From the NCBI GenBank assembly GCA_017848335.1, contig JAGDAX010000163.1:1-57549 (forward strand): a DNA stretch of 57,549 nt, written 5' to 3'. The position numbers and the translations under genes were made by a program. The notes under the pieces are model-generated. The model made no database searches and was not told where the DNA came from. It saw only the letters and a program-made list of their open reading frames with translations. Positions 9,871 to 19,110 of this stretch are shown one piece after another (positions within the stretch are counted from its first letter, which is position 1; the number at the start of each line of letters is the position of its first letter). This stretch comes from Clostridia bacterium (lineage in GTDB: Bacteria > Bacillota > Clostridia > UBA1212).

Positions 9871-11060
9871 TTCGCATAGGACTCCGCAAGCAGGCGGAAC
9901 TTCTCAAGGGAGCGGGCGACCTTCTCCTCGGGCTGGCAGAAGGCTATCCTGAAGTGCCCCTTGCAGCCGAAGCCGTCTCCGGGCACCAGCACCAGCTCAA
10001 ACCTTTTGGCTCTCTCGCAGAAAGCCGTCGCGTCGGGCTCCAAAGACCTGGGGAACGCGTAGAATGTACCGCCGGGCTCCACGCAGAAATAGCCCGCGTC
10101 AATAAGCCCCCGGTAAAGAACGTCCTTGTTGCGCTGGTACACGGAAAGGTCCGCGGTCTCGCCGCAGCAAAGCCCCGCCACCATCTGGTAAAGCGCCGGC
10201 ACGCCCACGTAAGCCATGTCCCTGGCCGCTCCCGCCAGCACCTTCAGCAATATATCCGCGTCCTCACAGCGCTCCGTAAACGCCACGTAGCCGATCCTCT
10301 CTCCGGGTATCGAAAGCGCCTTGCTGTAGGAATAGCACGTCAGCGTGTTGTCGTAAAATTTGGCCACGTATGGCACCGAAAAGCCCTTAAAAACGATCTC
10401 CCGATAAGGCTCGTCGGAAATAATATAGATGCTGTGCCCGTACTCCTTTTCCTTGGCGCGCAGGAATTCCGCCAGCTTCTTTACGGTCGCCTCGCTGTAA
10501 ACGGCGCCGCTGGGATTGTTGGGCGAATTGATAAGTATCCCCCTGGTTTTAGGCGAAACCGTCCTGTCCAGCGCATCGAAGTCAATCTGAAACGAGTCGA
10601 TCTCCGCAGGAATGACGTTAAGCCTCACCCCCGCGGACGCCGCATAAACGTTGTACTCCGGGAAGTAAGGCGCAAAGGTTATTATCTCGTCGCCCGTCCC
10701 GTAATCGGTAAGCGCCCTGATGCAGCAGGTCACCGCCGCGGCCGCTCCTATGGTCATGAAAATATTCTTCCCGGAATAGCTCTCGCCGAAGCGCCGGTTA
10801 AGGTCCGCAGCAATAGCCTGCCTCACCGCAGGAATCCCCTCCGCGCTGGGATATCCGTGCACAGCCGTGGGCTCCATCTCCGAAAGCAGACGGACGGCCT
10901 CGGTGGTGATTTGCTCCGGCGGCGGCACACTGGGGTTGCCTATACTGAAATCGAAAACGTTGTCCGCGCCGATCTCAGCGGCTCTTGCCTTACTGTATTC
11001 AAAAAGATCCCTGATGACGGATCTCGCGTTAACGTTCTTACTGTATTTTGCGGATAACAT
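9867..11060 (-). CDS. Class I/II PLP-dependent aminotransferase
   Basis: DFSIGNP, INSPNNPSG, ISDEPY and SYSKALSIPGERIGY (PLP lysine). Start placed at ATG 11060 (MLSAKY). Confidence 0.9.
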   Translation of the reverse strand: MLSAKYSKNVNARSVIRDLFEYSKARAAEIGADNVFDFSIGNPSVPPPEQITTEAVRLLSEMEPTAVHGYPSAEGIPAVRQAIAADLNRRFGESYSGKNIFMTIGAAAAVTCCIRALTDYGTGDEIITFAPYFPEYNVYAASAGVRLNVIPAEIDSFQIDFDALDRTVSPKTRGILINSPNNPSGAVYSEATVKKLAEFLRAKEKEYGHSIYIISDEPYREIVFKGFSVPYVAKFYDNTLTCYSYSKALSIPGERIGYVAFTERCEDADILLKVLAGAARDMAYVGVPALYQMVAGLCCGETADLSVYQRNKDVLYRGLIDAGYFCVEPGGTFYAFPRSLEPDATAFCERAKRFELVLVPGDGFGCKGHFRIAFCQPEEKVARSLEKFRLLAESYAK

Positions 11061-11213
11061 TTGGTCGTGTCCCCCGTTGTCTTTGTCTCCGCTGCCATAT
11101 AAACAGCCACGAGAATGATAGCACATTCGGGCCGGCTTTTAAAGGGGGAAGCGAGGGCGCCTCGCGCGCCTCGCGCGTTCCGCGCGAGTTATGAAATGGG
11201 AGCAATAGGACTG

Positions 11214-11334
11214 GAGTTATGGGACGGTGGTTATGAGTCGATCGTACCGCTGCGCGGTGACCCGGTGCCAAGTGCCCGGTGCGCAGCGCCGAGGAGGACT
11301 GAGTCTGAGGCGCTCCGCGCAAATAAACAGCCTT
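11214..11334 (+). repeat. ~120-bp direct repeat, copy 1 (copy 2 at 12999-13117)
   Basis: GAGTTATGGGACGGTGG...GATCGTACCGCTGCGC.GTGACCCGGTGCCAAGTGCCCGGTGCGCAGCGCCGAGGA...CTGAGTCTGAGGCGCTCCGCGCAAATAAA(A)CAGCCTT in both copies. Confidence 0.9.
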
Positions 11335-11445
11335 GGTGTCATCATGGAATGGACATCGAACCATCCCGCTTCGACTGACTTGCCGCTCGTACCGCTCCGC
11401 CGCCATCCCCGGCGTGACCTTCGATTTGACGGCTTCAAAAATGCA
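11330..11445 (-). pseudogene. Remnant of a CHC2 zinc-finger DNA primase-like gene
   Basis: IFEAVKSKVTPGMAAERY...SRSGMVRCPFHDDT matches the N-terminus of CHC2 zinc-finger proteins from mobilizable elements. It is truncated at the repeat boundary. Confidence 0.7.
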
Positions 11446-11550
11446 AGGCGAAAGGAGGGCTGTGGTAAGCAATCAGTGCCTTTACCCGGAGCAAATGCAT
11501 ATAAAAATGTGATTATGCCGCACGAAAATATAAATAATTTCGTGATGCTG

Positions 11551-11579
11551 TTGCCATTTTGCGTTTCGTCGGGTATAAT
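11551..11579 (+). promoter_or_regulatory. Sigma-A/70 promoter for the 11638 ATPase
   Basis: TTGCCA-17 nt-TATAAT, with a GGAGG RBS before ATG 11638. Confidence 0.7.
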
Positions 11580-11637
11580 AATAGTGTGAAAAGTTGCACT
11601 AAATCTCCAAGAATAATGTGATGGAGGAATTCTCTTT

Positions 11638-12975
11638 ATGGAACGACTGATTCTAAAACGGCTGCTGGAGTGGAAGAACTCTCCTTATCGCAAGCCGCTG
11701 GTCCTGAAAGGCGTGCGGCAGGTGGGCAAGACATGGGCTCTCAAGGAATTCGGCAGGCGTTATTATGAAAATACAGCATATTTCAACTTTGATGAGAACG
11801 AGGAATACCGGCAATTCTTTGAAACCACCAAGGATGTCGACCGCATTCTGCAAAACCTGATGCTGGCCAGCGGGCAAAAGATCCTGCCGGAAAAGACTCT
11901 GATCATTTTCGATGAGGTTCAGGACTGCCCAAAGGTCATCAATTCCATGAAGTATTTCTGCGAGAACGCGCCGCAGTACCACATTGCCTGCGCCGGTTCT
12001 CTGCTGGGAATCGCATTGTCGAAGCCGTCTTCCTTCCCCGTGGGCAAGGTCAATTTCATGCAGATCGACCCGATGACCTTTACGGAATTCCTGCTGGCCA
12101 ACGGCGACGCTAATCTGGCAAAGGTTCTCGACACCGTAGACACCATAGAGCCGCTGCCGGACGCCTTCTTCAATCCCCTCTACGAAAAGCTCAAAATGTA
12201 CTATGTCACCGGCGGGATGCCGGAGCCGGTGCTGATGTGGACAGAGGCCCGGGATGTGGACGCCATGCAGGAGGCGCTTTCGAGCATTATCGGCGCCTAT
12301 GAGCGTGACTTTGCAAAGCATCCCAATGTCAGCGAGTTCCCGAAGATCTCGATGATCTGGAAGTCCGTCCCTTCCCAGCTTGCCAGAGAAAACAAGAAAT
12401 TTATATATAAGGTCGTCAAAGAGGGAGCCAGAGCCAGAGAATACGAGGACGCGCTGCAATGGCTGGTAGACGCCAGGCTTGTCCATAAGGTCTACCGCAG
12501 CACCGCGCCGGGGCTCCCCATGTCGGCCTATGACGATTTGTCTGCATTCAAGATCTATCTGGTGGACGTGGGGCTGTTGCGTCGGCTTGCGCAGCTTGCC
12601 CCCACCGCATTCGGAGAGGGCAACCGCCTGTTCACCGAGTTCAAGGGCGCGCTGGCGGAAAACTATGTGCTGCAAACGCTTGCTACGCAATTTGAAGTCA
12701 TGCCGCGCTATTGGAGCCAAAGCAATCCTCCGTATGAAGTGGATTTTCTCATTCAACGGGAAAACGATGTTTTCCCTATCGAGGTGAAGTCCGAAGCCAA
12801 CACCACCAGCCGCAGCCTGAAAAAGTTCAAGGATCTGTTTCCGGATCAGGTGAAGCTCCGCGTGCGCTTCTCTCTGGACAATCTGAAGCTGGATGATGAT
12901 GTGCTGAATATCCCGCTGTTCATGGCGGACCAGGCAGACCGGCTGATCGGGCTTGCGCTGGAACAGAGAAAATGA
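11638..12975 (+). CDS. AAA_14 ATPase with DUF4143 C-terminal domain
   Basis: Walker A GVRQVGKT, Walker B IFDEVQ, plus TGGMPE, KIYLVDVGLL and C-terminal EVDF...PIEVKS (PD-(D/E)XK-like). Confidence 0.9.
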   Translation: MERLILKRLLEWKNSPYRKPLVLKGVRQVGKTWALKEFGRRYYENTAYFNFDENEEYRQFFETTKDVDRILQNLMLASGQKILPEKTLIIFDEVQDCPKVINSMKYFCENAPQYHIACAGSLLGIALSKPSSFPVGKVNFMQIDPMTFTEFLLANGDANLAKVLDTVDTIEPLPDAFFNPLYEKLKMYYVTGGMPEPVLMWTEARDVDAMQEALSSIIGAYERDFAKHPNVSEFPKISMIWKSVPSQLARENKKFIYKVVKEGARAREYEDALQWLVDARLVHKVYRSTAPGLPMSAYDDLSAFKIYLVDVGLLRRLAQLAPTAFGEGNRLFTEFKGALAENYVLQTLATQFEVMPRYWSQSNPPYEVDFLIQRENDVFPIEVKSEANTTSRSLKKFKDLFPDQVKLRVRFSLDNLKLDDDVLNIPLFMADQADRLIGLALEQRK

Positions 12976-12998
12976 ATGCGGTGGCCAGAGGCCGGCGC

Positions 12999-13117
12999 GA
13001 GTTATGGGACGGTGGACGTGAGTTGATCGTACCGCTGCGCTGTGACCCGGTGCCAAGTGCCCGGTGCGCAGCGCCGAGGACTGAGTCTGAGGCGCTCCGC
13101 GCAAATAAAACAGCCTT
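12999..13117 (+). repeat. ~120-bp direct repeat, copy 2
   Basis: Near-identical to 11214-11334 and begins 24 nt after the ATPase stop codon. Confidence 0.9.
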
Positions 13118-13337
13118 CCCCATGTGAATATCCACGGAGAAAGGCCGTTGACAAAATTGCCGGTCACTTTTTTATATGCACTGCTTTGCTCTAAGTAAAG
13201 GATTCTCTATGTATGCGGTAATCCTCATCACCAGTAATCTGTATTTATCTAATATGTGGCACGATGTTTACTGCAACAGGAAACCATGCTTACCGGTATC
13301 AACTCCGTTTATTATCTCAATTATTTTCAAATGAAAG

Positions 13338-13784
13338 TCAAATTAATTGTATTGATGTATAATAAGCTATCACAGCGGATTTCAGGCAATAATATTCAAC
13401 AGCAAGTTTTGATGTATTGTCGTTTAAATTGACATTGTTTCTTTTACAAAAATCATCAAATACCGCCTCGTCAAGTAGTATTCTTTTGTGTTGTGACAAT
13501 GCACCGATCATTAATGCACTTTTTATCTCCTTTTCCGCGTCTTCAGCGCACATAAGATAAAATCCATCCTCACCGATTCCTAAAACACTAGTATAGTATT
13601 CTTCAAGTGAAATACCCAATGAGGTGCCAATTTCAGTATTTTCTTTGACTATCTGTTGGGTATACCGCCTTAAATCTTCCTCGGATATGCGATATTCGGC
13701 ACAACTCGTTGCATAATCAAGAAACTCATTGGCAATTTTATTATTCTGCTCAAAATTGAATTCACTTATCTTCATTTCAAACAA
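13338..13784 (-). CDS. AT-rich hypothetical protein, possibly a trigger-factor C-terminal-like fragment
   Basis: Helical pattern LGISLEEYYTSVLGI...AEDAEKEIKSALMIGAL resembles trigger-factor C domains. No clear RBS, so it is probably 5'-truncated. Confidence 0.4.
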   Translation of the reverse strand: MFEMKISEFNFEQNNKIANEFLDYATSCAEYRISEEDLRRYTQQIVKENTEIGTSLGISLEEYYTSVLGIGEDGFYLMCAEDAEKEIKSALMIGALSQHKRILLDEAVFDDFCKRNNVNLNDNTSKLAVEYYCLKSAVIAYYTSIQLI

Positions 13785-14007
13785 GTAATGATAAAAATCT
13801 GCAAAAGATTCAAATCCATGAGTATCGAGAAATGCACCAGTCTCTTCCTTTTCAGTGTAATCAAATATTCCGAGAATTGATACGTTTAAGGAACAGCTAT
13901 TGTCGATTTCAAAAAAATCGCATTGACAAATTTCGCTTGGAACTACAATGCAACCCGCGAATGGGTTTGTCCGGGAAACGGAAAAATATCAAGAATTTTT
14001 GTTTCAG

Positions 14008-14100
14008 GTTGCAATTTTCCCAGATAACTCTATTGACAAGCAGGATTAAAAGTGCTATTATATGCTTGAAAACAATTATGAGTTGCAATTTTCCCGGATA
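14008..14100 (+). promoter_or_regulatory. Promoter flanked by 19-bp direct repeats (operator-like)
   Basis: TTGACA(14033)-17 nt-TATTAT with an extended TG. GTTGCAATTTTCCC(A/G)GATA occurs at 14008-14026 and 14082-14100. Confidence 0.65.
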
Positions 14101-14111
14101 GGAGCTTGAAT

Positions 14112-15407
14112 ATGGAAATCAAACGCGATTTGTACCTGAATCAATTGATCTCAAGAAAGCGCAACGGATTGATCAAGGTGGTCACCGGTGTGCGTCGGTG
14201 CGGCAAATCATATCTGCTGAACAACATCTTTTACCGCCACTTGCTCAGCGACGGCGTCGATCCAGACCATATCATCCGTTTTGCCTTCGACTCCGCCGAT
14301 GATCTGCTGCTGATCGGCGAGAATCTGATCAAACTGCAGAAAGCGAATAAAAAGGTCAACCCCGAGAAGTTCATGGCGTATATCCGCACGAAGATCATTG
14401 ACGAAGAAATGTACTATCTCCTCCTCGATGAAGTGCAGGAGATGGACGCCTTTGAAACGGTGCTGAACGGATACCTGCGCCGTGAAAACATGGACGTTTA
14501 CGTCACGGGGAGCAACGCGAAGTTCCTTTCGAGCGACATCATCACCGAGTTTGAAGGGCGCGGCGACGAGGTGCATTTGAATCCGCTGAGTTTCTCCGAG
14601 TTTATGACGGTTTGGGAAGGCGATAAATACGAAGGCCTCTCGCAATATATGCTTTACGGCGGGATCCCTCTCGTTGTGCTGCGCAAGGACGATCGCGATA
14701 AAGCGACGACGCTCCAGCGGCTTTTCGATGAGATCTATATCAAGGATATCGTCAAACGTCACAAGGTGCGCAAGCAGGAGGAAATGGAAGACCTTCTGAA
14801 TATACTGTCGTCTTCCGTCGGATCACTCACCAATCCCGAAAAGCTGAAAAACACCTTCCGGAGCGTTAAAAAATCGACGATCTCTTCCGAAACGGTCAAA
14901 CGGTATATTTCCTATTTTGCGGATTCCTTTTTGCTGGAGGAAGCAAAGCGTTACGACGTCAAGGGCAGAGCGTATATCAGCACGACGAACAAGTATTATT
15001 TTTCCGATCTCGGACTTCGCAACGCGCGGATCAACTTCCGTCAGTTCGAGCAGAACCATACGATGGAAAACGTGATTTATAACGAACTGCGTATGCGCGG
15101 CTATAACGTTGACGTCGGAGTCGTGCCGATAGCCGAAAAAGATAAAAAAGGCACTGTCACCAGGCAGTACCTTGAAGTCGATTTTATCTGCAATCTCGGT
15201 TCAGGCAGAGTCTATATTCAGTCCGCGTATTCAATTCCCGATGAAGAAAAGCGCGCTCAGGAGACCCGCTCGTTCAGAAGGATCGACGATTCATTCAAAA
15301 AAATCATCGTCACCCGCGATACCGCACAGCCGTGGTTTGACGATAACGGCATCCTGACTGTAAGCATCTATGATTTCCTGCTGGACCGAACGATCATCGA
15401 GAGGTAG
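14112..15407 (+). CDS. AAA_14 ATPase with DUF4143 domain (a second, divergent subfamily)
   Basis: GVRRCGKS, LLDEVQ, VTGSNAKFLS, YGGIP, KYYFSDLGLRNA and EVDFI...YIQS motifs. Confidence 0.9.
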   Translation: MEIKRDLYLNQLISRKRNGLIKVVTGVRRCGKSYLLNNIFYRHLLSDGVDPDHIIRFAFDSADDLLLIGENLIKLQKANKKVNPEKFMAYIRTKIIDEEMYYLLLDEVQEMDAFETVLNGYLRRENMDVYVTGSNAKFLSSDIITEFEGRGDEVHLNPLSFSEFMTVWEGDKYEGLSQYMLYGGIPLVVLRKDDRDKATTLQRLFDEIYIKDIVKRHKVRKQEEMEDLLNILSSSVGSLTNPEKLKNTFRSVKKSTISSETVKRYISYFADSFLLEEAKRYDVKGRAYISTTNKYYFSDLGLRNARINFRQFEQNHTMENVIYNELRMRGYNVDVGVVPIAEKDKKGTVTRQYLEVDFICNLGSGRVYIQSAYSIPDEEKRAQETRSFRRIDDSFKKIIVTRDTAQPWFDDNGILTVSIYDFLLDRTIIER

Positions 15408-15539
15408 TTACAAAACACCGGACTCGAAATCAGTGATGCAGAAGGTAAGCCCCATCCTCGAAAACCCTTTATTTATAAGTGGTATTGCTCAAAGGGACAG
15501 GAAGTGAACAGAGAGCGATGCCGGTACGGGTGCAAGGGA

Positions 15540-15576
15540 AAGGACGCCACAGATCGAAACGGTCCGTGGCGTCCTT
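15540..15576. terminator. Strong hairpin, possible terminator
   Basis: AAGGACGCCAC...GTGGCGTCCTT inverted repeat downstream of the 14112 ATPase. The U-tail is weak. Confidence 0.45.
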
Positions 15577-15897
15577 ATATTGCTTCGGTTTATTGAAAAA
15601 ATACTGTCACAACTGTAGTGGTACAAAGGTCCCGCTATAAGACGTGCTCCGGAGACGCAGAGCCATAGAGACCCGGAGACGCAGAGCCACAGAGGAGTCC
15701 CTTGATTAAACAAAACCTCTCTGTTATAATGTGCCTACAAATGGCTCGACGGATAATGGTTTTCCATTATAACTTGAGCATTAAGGATATTGACTGCAAT
15801 GGCAAAATCAACATTTTTTAGTGATGTGTTTTCCGACGATCCGGTTTGTGACAGGCATTCTTCCCTGTGCATAGATTATGTAAGGAGGTAACTAACA

Positions 15898-16812
15898 ATG
15901 GATAAAAAAAGATTACGTGCATAATTATGTTTTCTCTGGCTTTGCTTTGCATCCTGAGCTCCTGTTTTATACCTCAAAAGGATAAATATGAAGTGTTGTT
16001 CGCCGGCCGCTCATCCTGTTTAAACGGGCTTGTTATTCCGTTGGATATCGACTTACACCACCGTAAAGATACAAGCAGAGATATTGGTTTATGGCCCGAT
16101 GAGATGAGTATCCTTTTCGAGGGAACGTCATACGATTGCACTTTCTATGAGGTACAACATCAGAATAAAAATACAGGATATATGTATCAATTCGATAAGA
16201 CTGAAAAAACACCCTCAGGTTATTTTGTGCTGAATGAAAATAAAGATGTGGTGGGCTACTCCGGCAAAACAAGGCTCAGTGAAGAAGAAAAAAAAAGGAC
16301 TCACCCAGATAAATGAAGACGAAGCTGTTGTTATTGCAGAACAAATATTCAGAAAATATTTCGACGTTGATTATTCGATGTACTCCTTAGCTGTAAATAA
16401 GGATGATAGCTCGCCCACGATGAGCTGCTATGACATAAACTTTTGGAAAAACAGCGATTACCCGATAGGTATTACTGATAGTCTTTATGTTTCGGTTGGA
16501 CTTTACGGTGAGATTATATGGTTTTATGGCCTTAGTATCGATTCAATAACAGCGCCTGAGGAAATAATTAATGTAGACGACGTACAGCAATGCATAGAAA
16601 AACGTTTGGATGAAGTGTTTAAGGATAATAAATTTGTTTATTCTGACCTTAAGGTAAACATAGATGGCTTGGTATTAGGATATGATGCGAAAGAAAGCCG
16701 GTACGAAATACGCAGCATATTTACATTTGATTGTATCGGGAGATTTGGTAACGGTGAAGAGCAAACCTTGCACGATCGCATACAGATCATAATAAAATGC
16801 AATTTTGAATGA
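15898..16812 (+). pseudogene. Lipoprotein gene interrupted by frameshifts at two poly-A tracts
   Basis: AAGGAGG RBS then ATG 15898. A7 at 15904-15910 and A9 at 16288-16296. Setting both tracts to A8 gives one ORF, MDKKKITCIIMFSLALLCILSSC..., that joins ORFs 15927..16316 and 16234..16812. Confidence 0.7.
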
Positions 16813-16845
16813 GATAATCATCCTTTTTCTCCGAAAAACAGACAA

Positions 16846-16890
16846 AAAACGCTATGCGAGAGTACGTTTATACCTGCATAGCGTTTTATT
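16846..16890 (+). terminator. Rho-independent terminator (possibly bidirectional)
   Basis: AAAACGCTATGC...GCATAGCGTTTT hairpin between convergent genes. Confidence 0.6.
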
Positions 16891-16967
16891 GTTTTGGGTG
16901 ATTCGGCCGGCTCGACCGGCCGCCTTTGCTGCCCTGAGGCTCACCGTCGCAGGGAAAAAGGGCTTTC

Positions 16968-17095
16968 CGATCCGCTTGATTTGCCGGACAGTTCACGCTG
17001 CCGGTTCGCCCGATCCGCTCATCTGCCTGGCCGTTCACGCTGCCGGTTCGCCCCGATCCGTTCACTTGCCGGGCCGTTCACCTGCCGGACCGTCC
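16968..17095. repeat. Degenerate ~42-bp tandem repeat (about 3 copies)
   Basis: CGATCCGCT..T.TGCC.G.C.GTTCACGCTGCCGGTTCGCC units. Confidence 0.6.
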
Positions 17096-17125
17096 CACCC
17101 GGAAATTCGCATGCGTAATGCCTGA

Positions 17126-18268
17126 TCAGAAGGATCTCTTCTTGAGGACAACCGTCGCCGCGAGAGCCAGCACGGCCACGAGCGCGAAGATGACCATCAC
17201 GCTGTCGCCTGTGTCGGGGGTAGCCGGAGTGCCGTCGGAAGGAGCAGCACCGTCAGCCGGGTTGGCCGCAAAATATGCATCGTTCGAGATATTGTCGGCA
17301 CCGAAGAGGGTGATGTTCACGTTGTGGTCGTTTGTGTTGATGAACTCAAACTTCGAATCGTCAACGTCGCCTACTGCATCCGGGAATACGATGTATGCGG
17401 TTTCCTTGTCAACGCCGGTAGCGGTCTCACCGAAGATGGTGACCTGGAGGATGTATGTGCCCGCTGCGAGCTTGTCCTCGAACTGGAACGAGAGAGCCGG
17501 GTTGTTGTCGCCGATCCAGTCGAAGTTCTGAGCGTACACGGGAGCCTTGCTGAGCGTGGTGTCAGCGTTGGTGTCGAAAGCATAGAACTCTATCTTAACG
17601 CTTCCGCGGGGGCCCGTACCTGTGTCGGGGTTGGAAGCCCAGTAAGAGAATTCGACGCCGCCGATCTCGCCGGTGGTGGTGAACTTAACCGCAAAGTACT
17701 CGCCGTCCTCGTTAAGCCAAACAGCGTTGGCAGGGCTGGCGTCGTTGTTGCCGATGGACTTTCTCTCAAACACCGTGCCGGTGGGCTCTTCGTTGACGTA
17801 GGAAATGGTGTGGATAACGGAAGCCTTGTCGCCGACCATCTTGTAGAATTTTACATCCACGCTGCCTTCCTGAATCGGAAGAGTGACGTTGTAGCGAGCG
17901 CAATACTTGAATCCCGCTGCTGCTGCAAGCTCAGGCTGTACCTGGATCTGTCCCCAGGTGATCTCACCGTCGTTGAACTGGTAGCCGATGTCGGTATAAT
18001 CGTCATCGTCATCTCCCCACCATCCCTGAATGTGGAAATAGGAGAAGCCAAGGCCGTAAATACTTCCAAGGTCGCCTGCTGCCGAGCCCGCTGCTACGTC
18101 CTTCTCGCCCTCGACCGGAACCCAGGGCTGCGAACGCGAAAGAACCGGGTCGGAATCGTTGGTCAGGTATGCGCCGTCAATCTGAAAATGAGTGTTGGCA
18201 TACGAAACCACTGCGCACATTGAGACCAGCATAGCCAGCACAACAATTGCCGCAAATAACTTTTTCAT
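17126..18268 (-). CDS. Secreted cell-wall-anchored protein (sortase-type TPDTG motif), paralog A
   Basis: Signal peptide MKKLFAAIVVLAMLVSMCAVVSYA. C-terminal TPDTG, hydrophobic helix and KKRSF tail. Start at ATG 18268 with GGAGGT RBS. Confidence 0.8.
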   Translation of the reverse strand: MKKLFAAIVVLAMLVSMCAVVSYANTHFQIDGAYLTNDSDPVLSRSQPWVPVEGEKDVAAGSAAGDLGSIYGLGFSYFHIQGWWGDDDDDYTDIGYQFNDGEITWGQIQVQPELAAAAGFKYCARYNVTLPIQEGSVDVKFYKMVGDKASVIHTISYVNEEPTGTVFERKSIGNNDASPANAVWLNEDGEYFAVKFTTTGEIGGVEFSYWASNPDTGTGPRGSVKIEFYAFDTNADTTLSKAPVYAQNFDWIGDNNPALSFQFEDKLAAGTYILQVTIFGETATGVDKETAYIVFPDAVGDVDDSKFEFINTNDHNVNITLFGADNISNDAYFAANPADGAAPSDGTPATPDTGDSVMVIFALVAVLALAATVVLKKRSF

Positions 18269-18637
18269 AGTAGTTACCTCCAAATTTGGAATATTCATCT
18301 TCGAAAGAGCCGTACGCGCTCATATCTTCGAAGTCGGTTAAATGTTACCACTATGCCGGTAATCCGTCAAGCTATTTTGAAATTTCCCGGTAAATCGCGG
18401 TTTTTTCCCGCGATTCTTCACGTTTTCCCGCGATTCCTCACGTTTCCCCGCTTTTCTTCTCGTTCTCACGCTTTTCCTTTTCGGCGTTTTTACTCCAGGG
18501 ATCTCAGCGCCGGACCAGCCGTCCCAGACAGAGCTTCCGTTCGATTTCCATATTGCCCTCCCGCTTCCGCAAAAAGTGTTCTCACACCTTTTGCGAAATT
18601 ATTATGCCGGATGCCATTTGGGAGAGCTAAGTCTTCT

Positions 18638-18684
18638 TTGTGACTTCATTTGTGACTTCATTTGTGACTTCATTTGCGACTTCA
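18638..18684. repeat. 12-bp tandem repeat x4 (TTTGTGACTTCA)
   Basis: Read directly from the sequence. Reads EVTNEVTNEVT on the minus strand. Confidence 0.8.
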
Positions 18685-18792
18685 TAAAAAGAAAAAAGCA
18701 ACAGATCTGGATTGCCGCCTTGTGTAAGGTCTGCTTTTGTTTGCTCGTTTGAACCAACGGCTTGCCTTGCAATCGCACCTTCCGAAAATAAC

Positions 18793-18837
18793 GAAAAGCC
18801 GCTGCTTTCCAATAAGAGAGCAGCGGCTTTTCTTTTA
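18793..18837. terminator. Rho-independent terminator hairpin
   Basis: GAAAAGCCGCTGCT...AGCAGCGGCTTTTC followed by TTTT. Confidence 0.65.
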
Positions 18838-19110
18838 CGCCCGAAACGGTCGGCTAACAGAAATCAGTTTGATTGGTTCCTTATCACTGTTAAGTCCGCC
18901 CCTCCGGAGCTTCGTTCATTGACAGCTGACAGCGGCCCGCGGCAACTGCCGCCTTCAGGCCCTGACGTGCCTCAGACACGATCTCTTTAGCCGCGGTCTG
19001 CCGCCGAAGCGCTGCGGCGAACGTCCGTCAGTCCGTAGGTCCGTCAGTCTGTCAATTTATCAATTATTCGGTTTGTCAGCCGGTTTGCAAAAACCGTCTC
19101 CGACCCTGCG

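Noticed and set aside
11214-13117. Integron attC array or composite transposon
   Set aside because: No integrase or transposase gene, no GTTRRRY-bounded palindromes and no terminal inverted repeats were seen.
15415-15440. tRNA-Ser(CGA)-like anticodon loop GACTCGAAATC, a possible att remnant
   Set aside because: The stem is mostly unpaired and there are no D or T arms. It is too short to support a tRNA or att call.
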